Assembly: GCA_047495785.1 (NCBI GenBank)
Contig: JBLDXI010000010.1
Coordinates: forward strand, 2,108,001-2,172,000
Reading direction: 5' to 3'
Source of the DNA: Lepidodermella squamata
Lineage: Eukaryota; Animalia; Gastrotricha
Length of the DNA: 64,000 nt
Positions 49,176 to 60,935 of the stretch are shown here, piece by piece. The position numbers and the translations under genes were made by a program. The notes under the pieces were generated by a model. It did not search any database, was not told the DNA's origin, and saw only the letters and a list, made by a program, of their open reading frames with translations. Positions within the stretch are counted from its first letter, which is position 1; each line of letters begins with the position of its first letter.

Positions 49176-51422
49176 ATGGCTGCCTGTGGAAATAAGCAGT
49201 GGAAGTTTTCTTCAATTTATGAGTTCAAAGAGGAGAAGGCATTAGGAAAAGGCGCTTTCGGCTCAACTACGCTATGCCGTCGAAGGAATGACGTAGCTTT
49301 ATACGCTGTCAAGGCAGTCGACCTCACCAAAATTCGAAATGCTCACCCGGAGAAGCCACGTCTTGCCGAAAGACTAGTGGAGCTGAGCGAGGAAGAGGTT
49401 AATTGTCTTCTCATTTTTTAATAGTTACACGATCTACATTCCTTTTCCCGCGTTTTTATAGCATGAAAAACTGGCTAAATTGTCTCACCCAAATATAGTA
49501 TCTGTTTACGGAGCATTTACGGGTAATTTTTCTAATACGTATCGCCTGTAATATATGTGAATATTTATTGACAGAAAATGGAAAGAAATTCACCACAGAG
49601 ACAGGAATATACGAGTCACTGATGTATTACCTTGTCATGGAATACTGCTCGGGCGGGGACTTGGATGGTTACATGAAGAAAGCAACGGGTCCCATTCGCG
49701 AAAGTTTGTTGTTGAAATGGGCGCGGCAACTTGCTTCTGCGGTTGCTACGCTGCACGAAAATCGAGCTCTCCATCGAGATATAAAGCCGAAAAACATTTT
49801 CCTGCAAAAGGGTGACATAAAACTTGGGGACTTTGGTTTGGCGAAGATTTATGACGAGTAAGAATACACTATTCCTTTGCTCAATTCAGTTTGTTAACAA
49901 CGCCTTGCAGCTCTTCAAGCAGCACCCAGCAATCCGTGTACAGCTCCAGGGTTGGTACCGTGCTCTATATGGCGCCTGAATTATTTGGTAAGGAGAAGCA
50001 CTCACACGAGAGCGATTGGTGGGCTGTGGGGGTAACTTTATTCGAGTTGGCTAATTTCTATTTGCCGGTTAGTTTTTGCACGGCTAAAACTTGATCTTAC
50101 CGTTATGTAAATTTTTCAGTTCGATTCAATACTGGATATCACATCGTAAGTTGTAACGACCAGGCAAGCTTTGCGTAATATCAAATTGATACATTTTCAG
50201 AAAAGATCCGAAAAGTTTTGACGCTTCGCGCAACTATTCGCCCGCATTTCTGAACACCATTTTGGACATCATTTCTGCGAAGGATGCATCTAAACGTGTC
50301 CGACCGCAAGCTTTGCTCGACGGAACGAACGGGCCGCTGCAAATTATGGATACTGATTCCGTTGCGATATCAGATCCAATTACTGCGAAAATGGTACGTT
50401 CAAATTCGGTCAAATTTTGTTTTAAGCTGGCAGTAGAATATGCTATTGAGTACCTCACTACTATTTTCGGCGAGGCCAATGCCAATGATTAATTCCATAT
50501 TTGCTTCACCTGGCCTCCTTAATTTTACTAGCATTCTTCTAAAATGTAACAGGCCCAATTAACGCTACTGCAAACCAACATCGCGTATGAAACCGACAAA
50601 GCTGTGAAGCAAAAGCTGCTCGAAGAAAAGCAGCGCATCGAAGCTGAGAAAGAGGCGAAGCGCAAGCGAATGGAGGCGGAAATCAAGCGAAAGGCGAAAG
50701 ATTGCGGTCTCGATCCCGACGACTTGAACATTGCAATCATCGGACTAGCCGGCGTTGGCAAGTCGACTCTTATCAATGCGTTGGTTCCGGGCGCGAATGC
50801 TCTCGTGAGCGTCGTCGAAGGCACAATGAAGCCAGAGCCTTACCGGAGCCGCGCTGCTAACGCGAACAGCGTCGTGTTTTGGGACGTTCCTGGATCGGGG
50901 ACGCCACGGCACCCGGTCGCAAATTATTACGCTGACAACTTTCTGAACCTGATGGATTCGTTGATCATTTTAACTGGCCAGCGCGTGTCCGAATTTGACG
51001 TTGAATTTGCGAAGGAAGCGATTCGACAAGGCCAAGTCGTTATTTTCGCGAGGTCAAAGGCTGATTTGGAACTAGCCAACTATTACGCCCATATCACGGC
51101 AAAATCTTGGGAAGAGTGCCCGGCTAACGACCGAGAACATGTAGCCGACGTTGTAAGACACAGAATTTCCACAAATTTTCTAGCCATGTTCGAAGAAGCC
51201 GGCATTGCGGGAATGAAGGATGGCTCAGAGGTTCCGTTTCATTACATCAGTTCGAGGACCGTCAAAGAAATTGTCGATGGCGTTGAAGCCAGCCGATGCA
51301 AGTGGCCGCTGATGGATGAGGAGAAGCTGCTGAAGACGTTGAACGGGTGCGTCAAGAGAGACGGTGCTTTGCGCAGTATTGACAACTTCATTCTACCTCA
51401 GCTTCTTGCTCCGAAAGACTGA
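49176..51422 (+). CDS. Predicted NEK-like Ser/Thr kinase - IRG-like GTPase fusion (~603 aa); exons 49176-49397, 49462-49522, 49575-49857, 49911-50067, 50120-50145, 50201-50393, 50553-51422
   Basis: Six GT-AG introns with compatible phases (0,1,2,0,2,0). Kinase motifs GKGAFG, AVK, HPNIV, MEYCSGGDL, HRDIKPKNIFL, DFG, APE, DWWAVG, LPF, DASKR. Last exon is a type A IRG (GLAGVGKS, DVPG, RSKAD) with no Met-Gly exon of its own. Both domains are high confidence; the joining splice is inferred. Confidence 0.7.
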
Positions 51423-52980
51423 TTCTAGGACAATTAAGGTCAAGTTGTGAGAACTATTCATTCTTTTTCGTTTGAATATTATTACAATGTGTTTCTGTTT
51501 ACTTCCATCAGCTTGAATTTTTGAATAAAAATTGCAGTCTTGCCTCATCGTTGAAGCCAAGTGAATGCCTTTTAGCAAGCGCGTCACCAACATTTCGAAA
51601 GGGTCATTCAGTTGAAGGTGCCAAGGCGCAGCTCGACGTGTGAGGTTTACATAGCGTGAAGGCCACCAGGGCTTCATAGGACGACCAAGGCTCAAGGGAT
51701 CAAAGGCTTAACTATATATGTATAAAATGATTATATTGTGTCCTATCTATAATTAATGATGTGATTATGATATATATATCCCCTTCCATTGACTCCACGC
51801 GAGGACCGAGAGCACCATATAATGGTGGGTGGTAATAAAATGATAAATCTGAAATTTTGCCAAACTTTGCTAAAATCCTCGTTCGATTGGACTAAAATTT
51901 TAGAAATTGGTGATGAAATTGCTTTTTTGTGATGTGTAAGCAAAGTGATATTTTGCATCCGATATCCGATGTGACTTATGGCAATTATTTTTCTTACTAG
52001 AGGGTTCAGATTTAGTTTTCAACAGTTCAACAGTTCAACAGAAACCCGCTCCAACAAATTCCTCATGGTTCCTCATGGAGGTAACAAACTTATCATCGGT
52101 ACTTAATAACGAAGACATAAACCGGAAATCATCAAAGACATGGTGTGAAGTACAGGGGTGCCGGGGTGTCGCGACAACCATGAAAAACCACAGGGGGACT
52201 CATTGGTTCCTTCGGCTTGGTTCTAGAAAACAAGTGGTAAACACCTCAGCTTTCGGATCCTACTTCGCAAACTGATGAAAGAGCTAGCTTCAAATAAGCT
52301 AATTGTAAAAAGCTGTATTTAGTGTTTTCTTGGACCAATTTCCGAGAAACAATGAAACACACCGATCCAGCAAAGTGGAAATCATATTTTTTTGAAATTG
52401 TTAAATTTAGTTATCGGTATATATACAAATACACATGATCACGCAAACTGCTGCAAACTTATTTTCAATTAAATAATAAATAATCAATCCAAATGTTACC
52501 ATACAGCTTTATTCCCCTTCTCACTTCTTTCATTCGAAAACCAAAGCTTCATAAAAGAGAAAACAACAACGTTCGATTAACTGAAGCTGATACTTGTAGG
52601 AGTAATTAATTATAATAGATTAAATTAGGTACAAACAACAACAATCTCTCAATGCTTGTTGTGACGTTCCACAACTGTTACAATACTTATATAAACTGAT
52701 ATCAATAGACAATAGACCATGAATACCGACCTGCTATTGTATGAGATAGACTCTTGACTTTCCATCATAAAATTAATATTTGAATAAAAGAAGTGGTAAG
52801 ACATCCTAACCCGCTTGGTGAACCCTCACGATGATCATTACCAGAAACAGATCATGAAACCCTCATTGCATACTGTGAAAGAAGGAGAGGCTCACCGAAC
52901 TCTTCACCGAATCTCAACACAGAACTGGCTCGGAAGATTAAAAAATTCAAAGCAGAGGCTCTCAGATCATTCTGCCACGT

Positions 52981-53989
52981 TCATGCTAACGCGGGCAGCT
53001 GGAACTCGTCGATGGAGGCTCCTCTGTTGCGGCGAGTTCCATCGACCAGACACTGCAGGAACACCTGCTCGTCGATGATCGGGTACTGCTGCTCAGATGC
53101 GGCTTCGAAATCCAACATTTGCCGCAACGCGCGGCCGCTGATGTAGTGGAACCTTGCCGAGCCCAGTCCGCTGTCGAAAAGCTGGCTTTCGTAGTTGGAT
53201 TTGACTCGACGCGCGACATCATCTGTCAAACGCTGGCGGGTCGGTGCGTCGAGGTCGGAAAATTTCTTCCCGCCAAACCTCTCGTAAGCTTCGTTGTCCA
53301 GGTCGACGTCAGACTTCGAACGAACGAATATGCACTCTTGACCCATTTTCTTAGCCTGCAGACCGTATTCAATGTCGAACTGTGAGAGCCGGTTGCCAGT
53401 CACGATGATGAGCGCGTCCATGAAGTACAGGAAATTGTCCAGGTAGTACCTGCCAGCGGGATGCTTCGGGGTCATGGCTCCAGGATGGTCCCAGAAAACC
53501 AACGAAGGGTTGAAGAAGCTCACGTACTGCGACGGCTTCTCCGTCGTCTCGACCACGCCAACAGCAACATTTTGGCGAAGAAACGCGTTCAGCAGCGTTG
53601 ATTTTCCACTCCCAGGGCCACCGATAATTGCAAAGTTGAACTTGCTTGTATCGAGGTTGTGCGATTTCGCCTTCTGCCGAAGTTGCTCCTCAGTGCGCTT
53701 CCGCTCAGCCTCTCGTGCCGCAAGTTTCTCCTTTTTCTCTTGTTCAAGCCGCTGAATAACTTCCTTATCTTTCGATACGCGCATCATCAGCTGCACTTGG
53801 TCCAATTGCATCTTCATCGCCGTAAGTTCGGGCGTCGTGTCCTGTACATGAAGTCAAGTACAATCACTGGAATAGGAAACGATAAGGGCTTACCACGGCT
53901 TGAACAGGGACTTTCGATTCTGAGTGTGGCTGCAGCAGCTGCTCAAAGATTGCCAGCCCGGGGCCGGCTAAGGCTGTCGAAAAGTTCAT
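52981..53989 (-). CDS. IRG-like GTPase type B (B4), exons 53989-53894, 53841-52981 (~318 aa, intact)
   Basis: Exon 1 MNFSTALAGPGLAIFEQLLQPHSESKVPVQAV; G1 GGPGSGKS, GVVETT, DHPG, RSKSD. Confidence 0.88.
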
Positions 53990-56037
53990 TCGGTCAACTT
54001 GAGTCTAACATCATAAAATATTCATGCTATCAATATAATGATTTCACGATCGAACTAGGGAATCGGATTTGACCGAATCTTCATAGTTTGATTACGCGGA
54101 AATGCGGACTGATACAATGAATAATAATATTATTTTTCTACACAAACTCACGCCATTCGATCCAGCAACCACTCGTTCATATTCTCCTCGCTTCTGCCCT
54201 AATACGGCTGCCAGTGTTTCATTGGAGTCCTGTATCGGAATAACAGGGGAATGCGGAGCTTCTAACAAAATTTCCCAGGATGATATGGGTTTAGATTTAA
54301 AAATAAGTTGAATACCTTGTTTCGAATTGCCATCTGTAGCCGACATGATAGAATTAAAAGGATCCATCTACAGATATCATGAACAATAGCAGATATATAC
54401 AAACCATGATCGAGAAGGATCCCGTCAGACACCATACATAGCCTCCATCACATTTCAAGCAAAGTTTTCATTGAAACATTAGAAATCATCATAAACGATG
54501 TTATAACTTGAAAAGTGTACTATTAGGAAATCTGTAAAATAAAAAAACCCGAGATGCCTCACATGGGATCTCACGAATACCTGGAATTGGACCAATGAAA
54601 ATGACACGCTCAAGTGCAAAACCAAGCACAGAATTATATGCTAATCAGTTATCCGCTGTCAATTAACAACGAAAAACACCTAGATTATGATGTATGGGCA
54701 AGCTACGACGCTACGATGTAACATCCAAAAAATGGTTGTCTGCACTTCACGTTAGGCGTTAGGACTCATCTGTACGTCACGGCGTTATTTGGGCATCACT
54801 ATTTGGGTATCACAATTTTTACCGGAAAATAAACTCGCATTTTAGGATGAAAAATCAACCCTACAACTGCTTTTATTCAGAGGGAATTTACTCTGCAAAA
54901 TCGAACCAAATGCCAAAAGTCACGCCCGTTTAGCTTAGATTTTGTAGCCATGGGCGCATAAAAGCTTTCTCTTTCCAATTGATATAAATTTATGGGTGTT
55001 GAATCGCCTATTCCATGCTAGCTCGTTTAAAGCATCTTAGAGTTGGTGGATTTTTCTCTGTTCGTTAATCGTGGATTCATTTTATTTAATAATTTTTTCA
55101 TATTAGCTTGATTTTTCTCATTTTTTTCTGATGCTTCATATTTTGCTGCTGCAGAAGAACAGCAGTAAAAAAGAATACACCGAAAAAATTGAGACCAACA
55201 TCGCTAGTGAAATTTCATCTCAACAAAATCAAAATTCAGAAGAAAAAAGCTTTCAAAAACTTGTTGAATTTTGTCTAAATTAGGTTGTCTTGCTTGTCTT
55301 GCTGTCTCTTTTAGAAACAATAAACTGAAAGAGACAACAAGAAATAACCCGAGTGTCCCTCCGCTAATTAGTGTTGATGAAACAATGGCAGAAAAGGGAC
55401 AACTGATTTTTTGAGGGGAGATAGGCCTGATGGTAAGCTATCAGCGCAAAAAAAATTAGGATGATTGGGCGAAAATTGATCAAGTCGTTTACTTATCTTA
55501 GAAAAAAACATATCAAAACTATTTAAGGATATTAATTTTCGCGTACACAGTACTATCCATTTCGTAAATTTAAAACATTGAACTTTGCCCCTCATTAGCC
55601 TTGAGTTTTTCGTGACCGAAAACCTCTTAATGCGGCGTCCTATATACGTCACATGAAATATACCTGCGTGTCAGATCTTTCTTATTTGTTCATCTATGGG
55701 TGCCAGCGATGCCAGTGATTATAATTATCTGGCTCGCGATTACCTCACGGCTTGAACGTTATTATTGATGGATTGTGTGAAATTTATATTTCACGCATGG
55801 CGCAGCGTCGGTTTTTTATCTTCTCATGCCTACATTTTTAATTCATTTTGGTCATTAGTTTCAACCAAAATTTAATGATTGCTTGCTTACAAAAACCAGG
55901 ATCCCCTTGTCTGCAAATTATGTTACTAAGCTAAAATATGTTAGCATTTGTTTTACTAGCAAAATTTGTACAATTTTAGCAAAGTATATTCATATCTTTA
56001 TAGTTTGAATTTGATTATTAACTCCCAGTTCATTATC

Positions 56038-57030
56038 ATGGGTGGTATTTTCGGAAAACGGCGTGCTGTCATTGAGTATCGACCCCCGCCGAACATTTCG
56101 GTATCCTGCCAATAATTTCTTTCAAACTAATGTGACTGTTGTTGCCAGATAATGCTTGAAACACTCCAATCCCAAATAGTGAAATTGCAAAACAGCATCG
56201 CGCATGAAAACGACAAAGCTGTGAAGCAAAAGCTGCTCGAAGACAAGCAACGCATCGAAGATGAGAAAGAGGCGAGGCGCAAGCGAATGGAAGCGGAAAT
56301 CAAGCAGAAGGCGAAAGATTACGGCCTAAACCTGGACAAATTCAACTTCGCCATAATCGGGAACGCCGGCGTTGGCAAGTCGTCGCTTATCAATGCGCTG
56401 GTTCCGGGCGCGAAGGCTCACGTGAGCGTTGTCGAAGGAACAATGAAGCCAACGCCTTACCCTAATAACGCGTACAACGTCATGTTCTGGGACGTGCCCG
56501 GTTCGGCAACGAAAAAGCATCCGGTCGTGAATTACTACGCTGACAACTTTCTGTATCTGATGGACGCGTTGATCATTGTGACTGGCAATCGCCTGTCTGA
56601 ATTTGATGTTTCGTTTGCAAAGGAAGCGATCCGACATGGCCAGAGAGTTGTTTTCGTGAGGTCGAAGGCTGATGTGGATCTAGCCAGCGAATACTACGAC
56701 TCGGAGAATAAGTATTGGGAGGACTGCCCAGTCAATGATCGAAGACGTGTAGCTGACAGCATCAGAAATAAAATCAAGACTAATTACAGAGACCAATTCC
56801 TGGAATACAACGTCGCGAGAATGAAGGATAGCTCAGAGGTTCCGTTTCACTTCATCAGTTCGCGAACCGTCAGAGAAATTATCGATGGCGTTGAAGCCAG
56901 CCGATGCAAATGGCCGTTGTTGGATGAGAAGGAGTTTATAAAGGGGCTGTATGAGCAGCTCAAGAAAGACGGAGCTTTTCGAAATATTGATCAATTCATT
57001 CTTCCCAAGTTTCTTGCTTCAGATAATTAA
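56038..57030 (+). CDS. IRG-like GTPase type A (A5), exons 56038-56100, 56149-57030 (intact)
   Basis: MGGIFGKRRAVIEYRPPPNIS exon 1; G1 GNAGVGKS, VVEGT, WDVPG, RSKAD; 48 nt intron. Confidence 0.88.
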
Positions 57031-58066
57031 TTGTTTCCGAGATGAACCGTCACCAGTTACGACCACTTGATGCCGCAGTGTGAAATTCATTGAATAGTTG
57101 TTTGCCGACGATTTTTAGCTAGAATATCAATAAATATTACGAGCATTCCTTATTCTGATTTACTAATTCGAACATTTTATATTATTTACGCGCGCAGTTG
57201 ATTGCAAGCTCTCATGACGAAGTTTTCATGCGTGCTTTATTATTTCAACCTCGGTTCTAAATAGGTTGTTTCAGGAGTCTAGATTGGTACCATCGGATTC
57301 GGCGTGATATTCTGCGTATGACTCGCATGAAACTTCAATATACAATCCGCCGTTTTCATGCATTGATTTTTCGAATGCGCAACAAATTTCGTAAATAATT
57401 TGTCAAAGAACTGACTTTGTACACAAACTCGAAAGTTACTAATTTTTACAGCTTCAGTACATGGGTACAACGTCAGTAGAATCTCAGTCTACGTCAGCAA
57501 CGAGTACAAGAATGAGGCTCAGTAGCGATCCATGCGGAACTCTGTCAGATATTGGCGAGTTGACTTGCCCAAAAGCATAAATGGTCGAAATTCCTTGTCG
57601 AAATCCAGAAGATTGGTGAAAAATTAGGTGATTTTTCAATTATTACCTATTTATTTCGGCAGATATCTTTCATACCCAACTGTTGGTTCCGGATAGCTCT
57701 TCAAATGACAAACACGTTGATTATTTTTTTCAAATTTTGAAAAATTTATAACGGGTAAAAAAAATGAAAAAGAAACATTCTGCAGCGCGGCAGAAGGAAC
57801 CTCTAAGCTCGTTTAATGTGTTTTGTCAATTTTACCGCCAACGACTTTTTAAACGACTTTTTATTTATTCAAAGAACTTTCAGCTATAAGCATGCCGGCA
57901 AGACGCTTTCCAATTTCCACAATCCTTACTTGTTGAAGAAACGCTTGCGTTAAGGCTAAGGCAGTAAGGTTCAAAGCACGGCTTAATAATATGCGTCAGA
58001 AATCGGAGGCTGCCTTTGGTGCCCCTTCGTCGTGTGTCGGTCGTGTTTTTTCATCAATTTTTGTAT

Positions 58067-59409
58067 GGGTGCGTTTCTTTATTCTCAACAGATTTTGTTG
58101 AAAACAAGGCAAAAAACAGAGACCATTTCTTTATCCATTTATGTTAAAAACAATCAACTGTGCGTATTTCTTTATTCTGATTTTGTTAGTAGCAAAAGCA
58201 ATAATCAGAGGCATTTCTTTATTCGATTTTTTGCATTAACAAAATCTCGTTTATCAAATGAAGCACTCTGATTTTGTTATTATATTAAATCAATAAAGAA
58301 ATGGTTAGCTGTGTAACTGCTCTGGCGACCTGAGAAGTCAATAGAATCGGTAATATTTAGACAGGTATAATTTGGCCTTGGGCCAACTGAAATTTCAGTC
58401 GGTATTGAGAGTCATAATGTTGCGATCGATTAACTTTTCAAATTTTCAAATAGGAAATTAGCAGTTAATATTGCAAATCAGCGCTTTTATCATTTAGCCT
58501 GAGATAATAAGTGCCGACATTTCAGCCGGGTCAAATCAGCCCAATGTGAAGCGCTTAGCCAAATCAAGACAAAAATGTCATTTTTTCAGACTCGAAGGTG
58601 GAGAAAGCTCTCTCGCAATAAAAAGTTTCTCTTTTTGGCGACATTTTCACAGGTGACAAATAAGCAATCTAGCCTAACTTATTATAATATATCACTATGA
58701 TCCGAATCGTTACCGACGGCAACGCTCGTATTACTCGCATTTTTAGGCCTTTAAACTAGTTAATCTTTTGCAAAAAATTTCGTTCATTTGACGACGTTTC
58801 ATCTAGCGACAATAAGGCAAATTAGCCAAAATTTTATCAGAATTTGATCAATTTCATCCGAACTTGAATAAAACTGAGCTCGTAATTCGTCTGCCAATTA
58901 AGACTGATATGTCCCTTGCTGGACTGTCGCCAGCGCAAATGTCGCCCAATAGCAATTTCGCATTATTTTGCACCTGCAATATCCTCAAATTGGCACATAA
59001 TCAATTCATATTAAAAAAATTGTCTGCGGTTTTGTCGCCAGCTGACATGTCGCACACCCATATATTAATAGGTATGTTGGCTGGCCTAATGAATCATCAA
59101 TCATAACTTGGAAGAAATTAGCAGAAAATCAGTTATTTTCTCATTATGCCTTCGTTGGGCGGGTCGTTGATGCGTGCGACTTAGAAAAAATCGCTCCAAA
59201 AACGACTCGGCGAGTTGTTGATAATTTTGGGCAAAAAACATGTTTAATGAATGAAACGCTGGCTGATTATTATAGTAGCTCCAACAATAATCAGAATAAA
59301 GAAATAATTTCTGGTTGAACTAATAATTTCAACAGAAATAAAGAAATGGCCTGTTTATGGCTTGTTTTGTTTATAATTTCATCTCTGTTGGAGATAAAGA
59401 AACGCACCC
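58067..59409. mobile_element. Harbinger/Tourist-type non-autonomous element
   Basis: TIR gggtgcgtttctttat; 3-bp TSD tat. Confidence 0.65.
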
Positions 59410-59829
59410 TATACATTTTAAGGCGGTGAAATAAGCCCGTTCACATCAAAAGACGTGAGACCCAAAAAGATCACTGAAATGGTTTATCCATTTAGGGTGA
59501 CGTGCAAGCATTATTGAATTCAACTTGAACCTTGATCCCATCTAAATTTTGAAAGTGGCATTAAAATTTCGGCTTGTCAAAGAATTCGCCAACCCCCACT
59601 TTCTATACTTGTCAACGGCCGAATGTAAAACATATGCATATTAATGCTAATTTGATATTTACTCCGTGCATTATACTTATACGGATTCGTGGAAATGACA
59701 GTGGTCAGTGGTGTTAAATTCTTAGCCTTGATGCACACGTATGTTTATTGAGTGGTGATTGTGGAAAGTAGAAGGCGTCTTGCCGGCATGCTTAGCTGAA
59801 AGTTTTTTGAATAAAAACATAAAAACATA

Positions 59830-60030
59830 AACAAAAATCTGAAAAACAAAAATAATATAACATAAAACTGCAAAATATGAACTGCCTATGATCATGCTCA
59901 GTCTATCACTGTTACGAGCCCTAAATAGCATGGGGGCAATATATGTTCACGTTGTATATGTTAACCATATGTGCCTATAGCGCCGGCCGGCGGAGGGCCT
60001 ATATAAATAAAACTACGACATGCTAACTAG
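59830..60030 (-). repeat. Dispersed repeat, inverted copy of 8471-8666 (possible Helitron-like end)
   Basis: Shared sequence; GC palindrome cgccggccggcg and a terminal ctag on the + strand. Confidence 0.55.
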
Positions 60031-60133
60031 CCGTACCGTGGGCCCTATTAGACATATTACTCAAGGCGGAGCGTTCACGGTTCCCGATAAAACTGCAATT
60101 TAAATAAAAAAATGTGACATGTGATTTTCTGGT

Positions 60134-60573
60134 ACGTCGCTGAGTTCAGCGGACCAAATTTTAGCGGACCAGTGTTTCGGACTAGGTCGGAGGTGTGCCA
60201 TATGATTAGTCGATTCCCCATGAAAAGTGCCATCCAATGACCTACTATGCACACCTGAGCTATTTAGCCTCACTCATGCGGTTGCAAACATCCAAGTACT
60301 ACAACTTGATTTGGTCCGCTAAATTGGGTCCGCCGAGTTCAACAAAGCCGGGGTTTTTGGAGCTCAGCGGACCCTGGTTTAGCGGACCGCTCTGTTTAAA
60401 GCAGCCCCCTATTAAGATGGAATGCTAATTTGGGTCATAATTGGTCTCATTAGATGCGCCACACCTTGCCGCACTTGGCACTCAAGTGGCACACTTCGAT
60501 GGTATCCATGACTAGGATATAAGGGGTAATAAGTGTGGTCCGCCAAGAAATGGTCCGTTGAGCTCAACGACGT
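60134..60573. mobile_element. Mutator-like MITE
   Basis: TIR acgtcg.tgag.tca.cggacca; 9-bp TSD ttttctggt at 60125-60133 and 60574-60582. Confidence 0.8.
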
Positions 60574-60639
60574 TTTTCTGGTGTGAAATGCGACTTTACA
60601 AAATCAACCTTAAAACTGTATGTATGATGAAAACGGCAT

Positions 60640-60935
60640 TGTTGTTCATGAAACGTAACGCATTTATTCCAACGTTTCGGTTATAGGTACTCGATAACCA
60701 TCTTCAGGAATTAGTTGAGAAATTAAATCGAAATTTGAAGTTAAAATAATAATTAAGGTTGATGTAGAACATTTTCAAATTATGATACGAATAACTATTC
60801 ATCTTCTTCTTCCACTTCTCATGGAATATCGGCTCCGTAAATTACTTAGCTGCGATCGAGTCGTTTTGTTTGTTGAGATTGGGCTTTGAATGTAGAGCAT
60901 TTCGAGAATAAGGCAATCCCATTTAGTTTGTATGG
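60640..60935 (-). mobile_element. Penelope-like retroelement 3' remnant
   Basis: WDCLILEMLYIQ / KPNLNKQNDSIAAK* resembles the GIY-YIG C-terminus of Penelope-like ORFs; followed by a hammerhead-like motif and AATAAA. Confidence 0.6.
60666..60711 (-). ncRNA. Minimal type I hammerhead ribozyme-like motif
   Basis: auuc-CUGAAGA-u-gguuau[cgaguaccu]auaacc-GAAA-cg-UU-ggaau: conserved core, 6 bp stem II, palindromic AACGUU stem III. Confidence 0.5.

Noticed and set aside
50440-50470. Remnant of the ancestral type A exon 1 (gctattgagtac, AIEY) in the last kinase intron
   Set aside because: Match too short to distinguish from chance; no ATG-GGT start and no donor at the expected spacing
54092-54420. 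Possible RNase H/LINE remnant between B4 and A5
   Set aside because: Only a faint VDGS-like motif with stops; insufficient evidence
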